DNA from: Octopus bimaculoides
Taxonomy: Eukaryota
NCBI RefSeq assembly: GCF_001194135.2
Contig: NC_068984.1
Coordinates: 131,523,264-131,587,263, forward strand
Length of the DNA stretch: 64,000 nt
Direction of reading: 5' to 3'
Shown: piece by piece, positions 10,778-20,189 of the stretch
Numbering within the stretch: the first letter of the stretch is position 1
Layout: every line of letters begins with the position of its first letter
Position numbers and translations under genes: made by a program
Notes under the pieces: model-generated
Database searches by the model: none
What the model saw: the letters and a program-made list of their open reading frames with translations, nothing else
Told to the model about the DNA's origin: nothing

Positions 10778-11817
10778 TGAGTGATGGTTGGAAATGAACA
10801 TCATTGTCATACAAGCGAGGAGTCTTCCATGAAAAACATATCTGGCCATGGAGAAATCTTACCTCACTTGGAAAAAGGTGAAGGTGGGCAACAGGAAGGG
10901 CATCCAGCCACAGAAAACCTCCCCAACAAATTCTCTCTGCTGACCATGCAAGCATAGAAAAGTGGACAGTAAATGAAGACACTGATGTTTACAGCAGTGA
11001 ATTATATATCGCACACAGACACACGCACATGTAGTGGAGTCAGCTGTTGAGAGACGTATTTGCCATGGACATAATGAAATGACTCTAATAAGCTATGAAC
11101 CAATAACGTCTCCCGATGTTTGTTGTATGTTTGTCAGCTGACTCAGCCATCTATGCTCCAATAACATGCCTTAAGTCCTAAAGTTTAGAATATTATGCTT
11201 ATACAATAAAGACAAGAAAGCTATAGTTGGAAATTCCAAATGGTAGCTTTCTTTGATCTGCAACCTCCAGGCTATAGGTCAGTCCCAGCCAAACTAATTA
11301 GGGCTATTCAGCAACATTGTTGAATTAAAGAGTTATATGGTAGGGCTTCATTTCATTTCATAGTAAGCTTCCCAAATAATGGCGAAGCTAGTGATCTGAG
11401 ATGCTGTTATTGAGAAATTTCTGTTGTCTAGGAATTTTCTTTATTTTTAATTGCATTTATGTAAATACGAAATAGAGACAGAGTATAAATGAATGGCATA
11501 TTATTAAATGCTATTCATTTGTACTATGTCTTAAATAACTTCCTGCTAAACACACAGGGAGTTATTTAAGGGGGGAAAAAAATTTAATTGAAAACATTTT
11601 TTAAATGTTTCTGGAAAGGTTAAATTTTGCATCCTTACTACTAGAAAACAAATGCATGTTTATCATGTGTTGTTTGATGCACAGTAAGGACACAAGACTA
11701 TAAGTATATAAGCAAAAATATTTTAATGTTAAAAAGGCATTTTCAAATGAAAGAAACACATGTAGTTGAAGCATGTGTAAAAATGGTCTTCAAAGAAAAT
11801 ATGCTCTCTCACACACA

Positions 11818-12110
11818 CATCATCATCATTATCCTCATCACCATCATCATCATTCAACGTCTGTTTTCCATGATGGCATGGCTTGGACAGTGTGACAGGA
11901 GCTGACCAGCTGCAGAACTGCCCAGGTTTCATTTGTCTGTTTTGGTATGGTTTCTATGGTTGGATGATCTCCCTAATGCCAACCACTTTACAAAGTGTGC
12001 TGGGTGCTTTAAACCTGGTACTGGCATGGGAGCTTTTATGTGACACTGGTATAGGTACATTTATGTAGCACCGGCATGGGCGCTTTTTCTATAGTACCAG
12101 CACTCATGAG
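11818..12110 (-). mobile_element. RTE 3' UTR fragment with (GAT)n tail
   Basis: Same 3' UTR motifs as the other RTE copies (agcacccagcacactttgtaaagtggttggcattaggg...). Confidence 0.75.
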
Positions 12111-13065
12111 CCCACAGAAATAGGACCTCTCCTCTGAGAGTGGAATGTAAAGAATATGCCTGTATATACATACATATATACATACATATATATACATATA
12201 TATATATATANNNNNNNNNNNNNNNNNNNNNNNNNNNNNNNNNNNNNNNNNNNNNNNNNNNNNNNNNNNNNNNNNNNNNNNNNNNNNNNNNNNNNNNNNN
12301 NNNNNNNNNNNNNNNNNNNNNNNNNNNNNNNNNNNNNNNNNNNNNNNNNNNNNNNNNNNNNNNNNNNNNNNNNNNNNNNNNNNNNNNNNNNNNNNNNNNN
12401 NNNNNNNNNNNNNNNNNNNNNNNNNNNNNNNNNNNNNNNNNNNNNNNNNNNNNNNNNNNNNNNNNNNNNNNNNNNNNNNNNNNNNNNNNNNNNNNNNNNN
12501 NNNNNNNNNNNNNNNNNNNNNNNNNNNNNNNNNNNNNNNNNNNNNNNNNNNNNNNNNNNNNNNNNNNNNNNNNNNNNNNNNNNNNNNNNNNNNNNNNNNN
12601 NNNNNNNNNNNNNNNNNNNNNNNNNNNNNNNNNNNNNNNNNNNNNNNNNNNNNNNNNNNNNNNNNNNNNNNNNNNNNNNNNNNNNNNNNNNNNNNNNNNN
12701 NNNNNNNNNNNNNNNNNNNNNNNNNNNNNNNNNNNNNNNNNNNNNNNNNNNNNNNNNNNNNNNNNNNNNNNNNNNNNNNNNNNNNNNNNNNNNNNNNNNN
12801 NNNNNNNNNNNNNNNNNNNNNNNNNNNNNNNNNNNNNNNNNNNNNNNNNNNNNNNNNNNNNNNNNNNNNNNNNNNNNNNNNNNNNNNNNNNNNNNNNNNN
12901 NNNNNNNNNNNNNNNNNNNNNNNNNNNNNNNNNNNNNNNNNNNNNNNNNNNNNNNNNNNNNNNNNNNNNNNNNNNNNNNNNNNNNNNNNNNNNNNNNNNN
13001 NNNNNNNNNNNNNNNNNNNNNNNNNNNNNNNNNNNNNNNNTATATATATATATATATATATATAT

Positions 13066-13370
13066 ATCCAGCATCGCCTTACTGGCACTCGTGCCAGTGG
13101 CATGTGAACAAAACATTCGACTGACTCCTGTGCAGGTGGGACATAAAAAAAACACCATTTGAGTGTGGCCATTGCCAGTACCGCCGGACTGGCCCTCGTG
13201 CCAGTGGGACGTAAAAAGCACCCACTAGACTCTTGGAGTGGTTGGCGTTAGGAAGGGCATCCAGCTGTAGAAACTCTGCCCGATAGGATTGGAGTTTGGT
13301 GTAACCATCTGGTTCGCCAGTCCCCAGTCAAATCGTCCATGGAAAGCGGATGTTAAATGATGATGATGAT
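13066..13370 (+). mobile_element. RTE 3' UTR fragment with (GAT)n tail
   Basis: gtggcacgtaaaagcaccc-type repeats...ggagtggttggcgttaggaagggcatccagctgtagaaactctgcc...gttaaatgatgatgatgat. Confidence 0.85.
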
Positions 13371-13444
13371 ATATAGATATATACATATATATACGTATAT
13401 ATCAAAATAAGCAACAGGATATAAAGAGGTGATGCAGTACAACT

Positions 13445-13532
13445 ATGCAGCTGAGGATAGCCCTGCATTTCAATTGATGTAATGATTGCATTGTTCAATT
13501 AAATGGAGCCACTTGAAACGGTCGTACTGCGT
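13445..13532 (+). ncRNA. Minimal type-I hammerhead ribozyme motif (Penelope/retrozyme-like), proximal stem II degenerate
   Basis: Stem I atgcag (13445-50) pairs with ctgcgt (13527-32). Core CTGAGGA at 13451-57, GAAA at 13515-18, self-complementary stem III ACGGTCGT at 13518-25, GUA cleavage triplet at 13524-26. Confidence 0.65.
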
Positions 13533-13651
13533 CAGCTCTTGATATCCTGTTGCTTATTTTGATTTGATTTCCACCTTACTTTAAGTTGTACAGACAATAC
13601 TGCACTGACATGGTGCTTCAACTTAAGTACCTAATTCAGCTGACTCTCAAT

Positions 13652-13683
<32 letters not shown>

Positions 13684-14299
13684 NNNNNNNNNNNNNNNNN
13701 NNNNNNNNNNNNNNNCCTCGCTTAAGTTCTTCATGCTGGATACATGCTCGCTCAAAAGTGTCGATCCCCTCCTGTATGTATGTATGTATGTATGTGTGTG
13801 TGTGCACGTGGAAGAGCATCATATTTACAGAAAACCTACCTCGGCAAATTCCATCCAGCTTATAGGGGAGCATGGAAAAGAGGACATTAAACTGACAATG
13901 ATAAATATCACAATCATGTTCGTGATCGTGATGGTCTTAAATCTGATGAACCAATCAAGTGAGAAAACAATTGACCTCATCAAAATTCATTTTCTCCTTA
14001 AAATCTTTAGCTTCAACTAAACCATCGACCCAGATACAGCCATACTCTCTGATTGCTTCAATAAAAATCACTCATCCAATATTTTATCTAAATTTTCACA
14101 TTCTGCTTTATTACAGAATTTTCCTAATTACTGTTTTATTGTTAGTCCCAGAACATGCAGTAAAACGAAGAACAGCTTTATTTCAAGTTCTTAACGTGTT
14201 ATAAAATCAACAAGCCGATGTTATATTCTATTTATTAATGTACTTCTACTTAAGACTCCTTTGATTATCTTAATGACATCAAGGTTATCATAAACTGTT

Positions 14300-14880
14300 T
14301 TGTTATCATATTTCTGTAGAAATACACTGTCTTTGTTTTAATTAATTAGGAAAATAACTAAGAGCTTAGTTAAATAACTTTGTGATTATTAAGGTGGTGT
14401 TTGTAGCGTAAATTCACATGAAATTTTGGTGGAAGGTTTTGATTTAAATCACTTTAACCCATATTTCTGTAGACATACACTGCCTTTGTTTCAATTAACT
14501 TGGAAAATACTGCAGAATTTAGTGAAATAACTTTGGAACATAAAAATTAACATTATATTTTGAAGGAAGGTTTTAATTTAGATAATTTTAACCCTTTAGC
14601 ATTCAGATTACTTTGTTAAATGTGATGCTTATTTATTCACATTGTTTTAAATTAATCATGTATAATCTCGTAGCTTCAAGATTTCACTGATGTGATTGTC
14701 TATTTTTAGAATGACATTGTAGAGTAGGTATGAGAGGCCAGACCTGGCTGGTTTGAACTTAAAACAGGTAGAATATTCAGGTTGGAAATGGCTGGCTTAA
14801 ATGCTAAAGGGTTAAAACAGAAAGCTTGTATCACAGAACAGGGGCAATCACGGGCAGGTTGGCATTAAAAAAAGATTAAA
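14300..14880. mobile_element. Degenerate non-autonomous DNA element (two ~150-bp copies of catatttctgtagaaatacactg...) hosting a nested MITE
   Basis: Internal duplication at about 14308-14455 and 14460-14587. The second copy starts ttaaccc and resumes after the nested MITE at 14812. Confidence 0.5.
14592..14811. mobile_element. piggyBac-type MITE
   Basis: TTAA TSDs at 14588-91 and 14812-15; perfect 12-bp TIRs CCCTTTAGCATT / AATGCTAAAGGG. Confidence 0.85.
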
Positions 14881-14951
14881 CTTTAATGTTGATCTTTGTT
14901 TCTTCTTTAAACATGATGATGGAGAATACGACAGAAAATAAAATGTCTAAA

Positions 14952-15198
14952 GAGGTAATATTTATCCCCACTTAAACATGGATGTTCTATTGACAACGAC
15001 AAAACCAAACAAGATCAAAATCACGTGATCAGGTGGTCTCAGTATTGTAGGTAGCAGGGATTTACCTCCCCACTAGCAATATAAACAGGAGCGCATTTTG
15101 CATCAAAAGCCAATATGATAGTTTCTCTTATGCTTACTATTGTATTAAAATTTGTTCTAACAGAATATCCACATTTAAGTGGGGATAAATATTACCTC
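14952..15198. mobile_element. MITE with 37-bp TIRs, superfamily unassigned
   Basis: gaggtaatatttatccccacttaaacatggatgttct (14952-14988) against agaatatccacatttaagtggggataaatattacctc (15162-15198): 34/37 complementary. Confidence 0.7.
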
Positions 15199-15297
15199 TT
15201 GGTATTAATACAGCTTCTGTTGCTAATATATAAGATGTCTGAAATGCAACACAAGGCATTTCATGTGCTGTCTACATGTTGCTTATTTCACAAATGT

Positions 15298-15677
15298 GGA
15301 GGCGCAATGGCCCAGTGGTTAGGGCAGCGGACTCGCGGTCATAGGATCGCGGTTTCGATTCCCAGACCGGGCGTTGTAAGTGTTTATTGAGCGAAAACAC
15401 CTAAAGCTCCACGAGGCTCCGGCAGGGGATGGTGGTGAACCCTGCTCTACCCTTTCACCACAACTTTCTCTCACTCTTTCTTCCTGTTTCTGTTGTACCT
15501 GTAATTCAAAGGGTCAGCCTAGTCACACTGTGTCACACTAAATATCCCCAAGAACTACGTTAAGGGTACACATGTCTGTGGAGTGCTCAGCCACTTGCAC
15601 GTTAATTTCACGAGCAGGCTGTTCTGTTGATTGGATCAACTGGAACCCTCGACGTCATAAGCAACGGAGTGCCAACA
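15298..15677 (+). mobile_element. Full-length tRNA-derived SINE, family C
   Basis: Head ggaggcgcaatggcccagtggttagggcagcggactcgcggtcataggatcgcggtttcgattccc with A and B boxes; tail gcacgttaatttcacgagcaggctg...gccaacaa; probable TSD ACAAATG at 15290-96 and 15675-81. Confidence 0.9.
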
Positions 15678-16897
15678 AATGAATGTTTTTAGTCACTGAA
15701 CTAGAGTCATGTAGCCTTGAAGGTTTTTAGTTGAACAAATTGACCTCAGTATTTATGATTTCTTTAAAGCTAAGGTTTTGATTCCAGGTCTGGACAGTGC
15801 ATTGTATCCACGAACAAAAGACTAAATTTTACATTGCTCCATCTACTTAGCAGAAAACATGCACCATTGTAATACTGGTGCAGCCATTACTCCACCTCTC
15901 ACTCAATCCAGCTGTCATCTCCTACATGTTTAGCTGGGTCAAGGATGGGAGAGCCGAATGGATGTCTCCATCTGCTCACAAATACAAAAGCACTTAGAAC
16001 AATTAACAAAAGCGTGACAGATACTATAAGGTCATATCAACTGATTTAACAAATTAAGTAATGGCTATAGTTTTTTTTTTTTTTGGTAATTGCTTATTGG
16101 CACGGATGTAGCTTATGGTTTCAGGTTCAGTCCCACTTGTGTGACACCTTAGGCAAATGTCTTCTGCCATAACCTCAGGCTAACCAAAGCCTTGTGAGTA
16201 GATTTCAAAGATGGAAATTGAAAGAAGTTATCATNNNNNNNNNNNNNNNNNNNNNNNNNNNNNNNNNNNNNNNNNNNNNNNNNNNNNNNNNNNNNNNNNN
16301 NNNNNNNNNNNNNNNNNNNNNNNNNNNNNNNNNNNNNNNNNNNNNNNNNNNNNNNNNNNNNNNNNNNNNNNNNNNNNNNNNNNNNNNNNNNNNNNNNNNN
16401 NNNNNNNNNNNNNNNNNNNNNNNNNNNNNNNNNNNNNNNNNNNNNNNNNNNNNNNNNNNNNNNNNNNNNNNNNNNNNNNNNNNNNNNNNNNNNNNNNNNN
16501 NNNNNNNNNNNNNNNNNNNNNNNNNNNNNNNNNNNNNNNNNNNNNNNNNNNNNNNNNNNNNNNNNNNNNNNNNNNNNNNNNNNNNNNNNNNNNNNNNNNN
16601 NNNNNNNNNNNNNNNNNNNNNNNNNNNNNNNNNNNNNNNNNNNNNNNNNNNNNNNNNNNNNNNNNNNNNNNNNNNNNNNNNNNNNNNNNNNNNNNNNNNN
16701 NNNNNNNNNNNNNNNNNNNNNNNNNNNNNNNNNNNNNNNNNNNNNNNNNNNNNNNNNNNNNNNNNNNNNNNNNNNNNNNNNNNNNNNNNNNNNNNNNNNN
16801 NNNNNNNNNNNNNNNNNNNNNNNNNNNNNNNNNNNNNNNNNNNNNNNNNNNNNNNNNNNNNNNNNNNNNNNNNNNNNNNNNNNNNNNNNNNNNNNNN

Positions 16898-17052
16898 TAG
16901 CGTGTGTATATATAAAAAAAGAATAAGATAAAGAGACCAATGACAAAAGTAGAATTATAATTTATGTATGTATAGACTTTATACATAAAATATAATTCTA
17001 CCTTTGCCATTGGTCTCTTTATCTTATTCTTTTTTTATATATACACACGCTA
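16898..17052. repeat. 155-bp near-perfect palindrome at a contig edge
   Basis: tagcgtgtgtatatata...gagaccaatgacaaaagtagaattata pairs with tataattctacctttgccattggtctc...tatatacacacgcta, with 2 mismatches in the outer arms. Confidence 0.85.
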
Positions 17053-17689
17053 ATACATGACCCATGTTATATTCCCCACTCATGTTGCAACCACGTCAGG
17101 GCAAAACTAGTCGGTATACAGCACTTACTCGGTATTACCTGTATCTTTAGAGTTTGGTTGACTCCAATACCCTTCATAACCTTTATTATATATATATATA
17201 TACACATACATACATATATATGCATACATGAATGGTATGCATGCATATATGTATGTATGTATTCATGTAAGTACTCAAATGATTTGAACTTACACTTTGA
17301 GCACTACTGAATGTTTTTTATGTTGAACATCTCTGGATTTCATCTGTTGACTCCATATCTGTAAGTATGTATGTATATATGTATTTATGTATGTATGTAT
17401 ATTCCATTCAAATTCAAATTAATAGCAATGTTTGGTAACTCATAGCTGAGTATTGGAAACACTGGTATCCACCAAAGGGAAATGGCTAGCGTGGAAAAGC
17501 TTTGAAATGGGTACATTGATGCTTGCAAGTAGCTGATGACCTTCGTTACATGATGCAATTTTTCAACAACCTGCTTAGTAATTAAACTTGAGAGCTTTCA
17601 ACTTTGTTTTCCTTTTTGCTTGTTTTTTTGTATTTCAAGTTTGTTTCTTTCAGCTTTTACTCTTCTCAGTAATTAGCAAAAAGACTACG

Positions 17690-18145
17690 AAAACATATCA
17701 ACAGAGATTCTGAAAGGAATGGCTTGCTACGATAACTTTTAGTCAGTAAGTGGCTGCATAAAGTTCTTGCTGATTCATCGAAAGTGCACTGGAAATTTTG
17801 TAGATGTGACATCATAGAAAATATTCATGTGTTAGTTAGTAAGGCATTACCAAACAAAAATCATATAAGAAGACATTAATTCTATTTAAAGCAATTCCTG
17901 TTACGATTTTTTGATAAGAAAATGTGATGTAAGCTCAATGCTTAAAGCTAATTTAGCAATATGTTTGCTACCATTCTTCATTCAACACCTGTGATCATTT
18001 AGTAGATTCGTGCAAAAATAAAATAGTTGACTGTATCCAGAGTGAAGTAACATTGTAAATATTGTAAAGAAATGTGGTTGCTTCACACTTTGATGAAGAT
18101 TTGATTTCTGATGTAGGAATTGAAAAAAATTTAGGCTTTTCCATT

Positions 18146-18178
<33 letters not shown>

Positions 18179-18370
18179 CTCCCAGAAGAAGTAGAAGAAT
18201 CTCATGATATCACAGTTAACAAGCTTCTGGAAATGGTTATAATATATTTCAGTAACAGACATACATATATATATGTATATATATATACATTTTTATTCGG
18301 TACTTTTAGAAAAGTATGTTGCAAATGGAATTGCAGACTTTGGAAAAGACAAAGAGTTGTGCATGTATAG

Positions 18371-18406
<36 letters not shown>

Positions 18407-19050
18407 CATCATCATCATCATTGTTGATGATGGTATATGTGTGTGTGTGTGTGTGTGTGTATATCTTGCTTTGGTACTTTTAGAAAAGTATGATGCAAAT
18501 GCAATTGCAGACTTTGAAAAAAAAAAAAAAAGTAAAGTAATGGAAAAGAAATTAAACACAAAAAATCTATTGGTTATTGGAAGTGACAATGCCACTGCCA
18601 TGATGGGAGTTAACAATGATGTCAATAAGAAATTAAAAGAAGCTCCATCAGTATTTCTTGTGTATGTTATTATTATTTTTTTTTTTTTGTGCAGTTGGTT
18701 GTATCCTATGCATACGTGGAACATCTCACAAAAATCTAAGAATTAGAAGTAGCAGAATCTTTAAGTGGCTTTCATTCTCTTTAACAAGTCAAATAGCTTA
18801 TAATTAACTGTACCTTGCTATTATTAACCCTTTGAGCCCCTAACACTGGTTTACTGGTGGATGGCTTATTTTTTTCTATACCCCAGCACCGCTCTGTACC
18901 GTAGCACCGGTGGAGTGCCAGGAATATGGTAAAATAAGGTTCAGAAGGTCAGGGCTCAAAGGTTTAATGGTAAAGAACCATTGAAGATTTAAAACATTTG
19001 TGCAACTTTATGTTTATCAGCTGAACTTGCTAGGGATAGAATTTTGAACC
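17690..19050 (+). pseudogene. Fossil hAT-superfamily transposase, N-terminal and central part
   Basis: Frameshifted motifs in the expected order: YQQRF*KEW; KWLHKVLADSSKVHWKFCRCDI (BED-like finger); CDHLVDSCK; NVVASHFDEDL; ESHDITVNKLLEMVIIYFS (DES.D motif); LLVIGSDNATAMMGVNNDVNKKLKE (.D.A..M.G motif); QLVVSYAY; GKEPLKI..CATLCLS (C.TRW.S region). Confidence 0.75.
18828..18963. mobile_element. Short piggyBac-type MITE inserted in the hAT fossil
   Basis: TTAA at 18824-27 and 18964-67; TIR CCCTTTGAGCCC against GGGCTCAAAGGT (11/12). Confidence 0.75.
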
Positions 19051-19477
19051 AGCTGACACAGGTATGGCTGTGTGGTTAAGAAGCTTGCTTCCGAACCATG
19101 TGGTCTTGGGTTCATTCTCACTGCACAGTACCTTGAGTAAGTGCATTCTACTATAGCCATGGGTCAACCATAACCTTGTGAGTGGATTTAGTTGATGGAA
19201 ACTGAAAGAACCTTGTCATACACACGCATGCACACACACACACACACACAGATAGATTTATATGTATGTGTTTTGTGTTTATTCCACTCCATCACTTGAC
19301 ATCCAATGTTAGTTTGTTTACATTCCCATAACTTTGTGGTTCAAAAGTGACCAGGCTTAAAGGAAACTAAGTACTGGTGTTGATTTGTTTGACTAAACCC
19401 TTCAAGATGGTGCCTCAATACAGCCACAGTCCAAACCCTGGTGAGAGGTTTGAGAGAAAATAGTAGAAATCATACAT

Positions 19478-19838
19478 AACAAAAGCGCTTAGAGAGCACA
19501 AACCTCCACTAAGGCAACACCAATGTCCTCTCAACGATTAGCCAAAGATGATCTTTAAAATGAGAATATGTTAAATAAACTCGACTGCTCTCACAAACAA
19601 GAATACTAAAAATACACTTGACCACTCTCAAAAATTAAACAAAAAAGCAGGAAAAATAATCCAGAATCTTTGTGTGACAGCAGATTGATCCCAAAATCTA
19701 ATCAGTTTGTGCCAGTCATGAGGCCAAACATCCCTGAAACTTTCATCCGAATCCATCCAGTGGCTCTTGAGATATCTCGTCCACAAACAAACAAACACAA
19801 CTGAAAACAATACCTCCACCTTCGCTAAGGTGGAGGTA
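19478..19838. mobile_element. Helentron-associated non-autonomous element (HINE/DINE-like)
   Basis: Terminal 12-bp-stem hairpin TACCTCCACCTT-CGCT-AAGGTGGAGGTA at 19811-19838; a partial copy acctccactaagg at 19502-19514 near the other end; internal (CAAA) microsatellite. Confidence 0.65.
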
Positions 19839-20189
19839 ACAAGACAACAATGATTAGCAGATCAAGGAAAAAAACAGTGGATCTTATGATTTTTCTCAGC
19901 TATTTTTACAAAAATTCAAATGATACAATTTTATATGGTTGAGACGAGGAATTTATTTTACGTATACTGTTTATGTTAGTCAGACAAGTGTCGTCATCTT
20001 GATTGTTATTTTCATTACATTTCAGCTGTTGTATGCTGCAGCATTTTTCAGATGTCTTGTGTTGTATCAGGCATAGCGTAGTAAACAAAGACATGGTTAA
20101 TGCAGAGCAGACACCTAGAGGTTCTGAGTTCAATCCCAGGCAACGCACTAAAGTAATTCACATCGTTCATCTAAAGCAAGGAGAGCAAG

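Noticed and set aside
11037-11144. GAGTCAGCTG/CAGCTGACTC inverted repeat with an internal CTGTTGA...GAAA
   Set aside because: The stems do not fit hammerhead topology (no U-H cleavage site in register).
15298-15375. tRNA-like sequence with A and B boxes (also at 9620-9693, 41250-41326 and 51022-51090)
   Set aside because: These are SINE heads followed by SINE bodies and tails, with no complete cloverleaf acceptor stem, so they are not tRNA genes.
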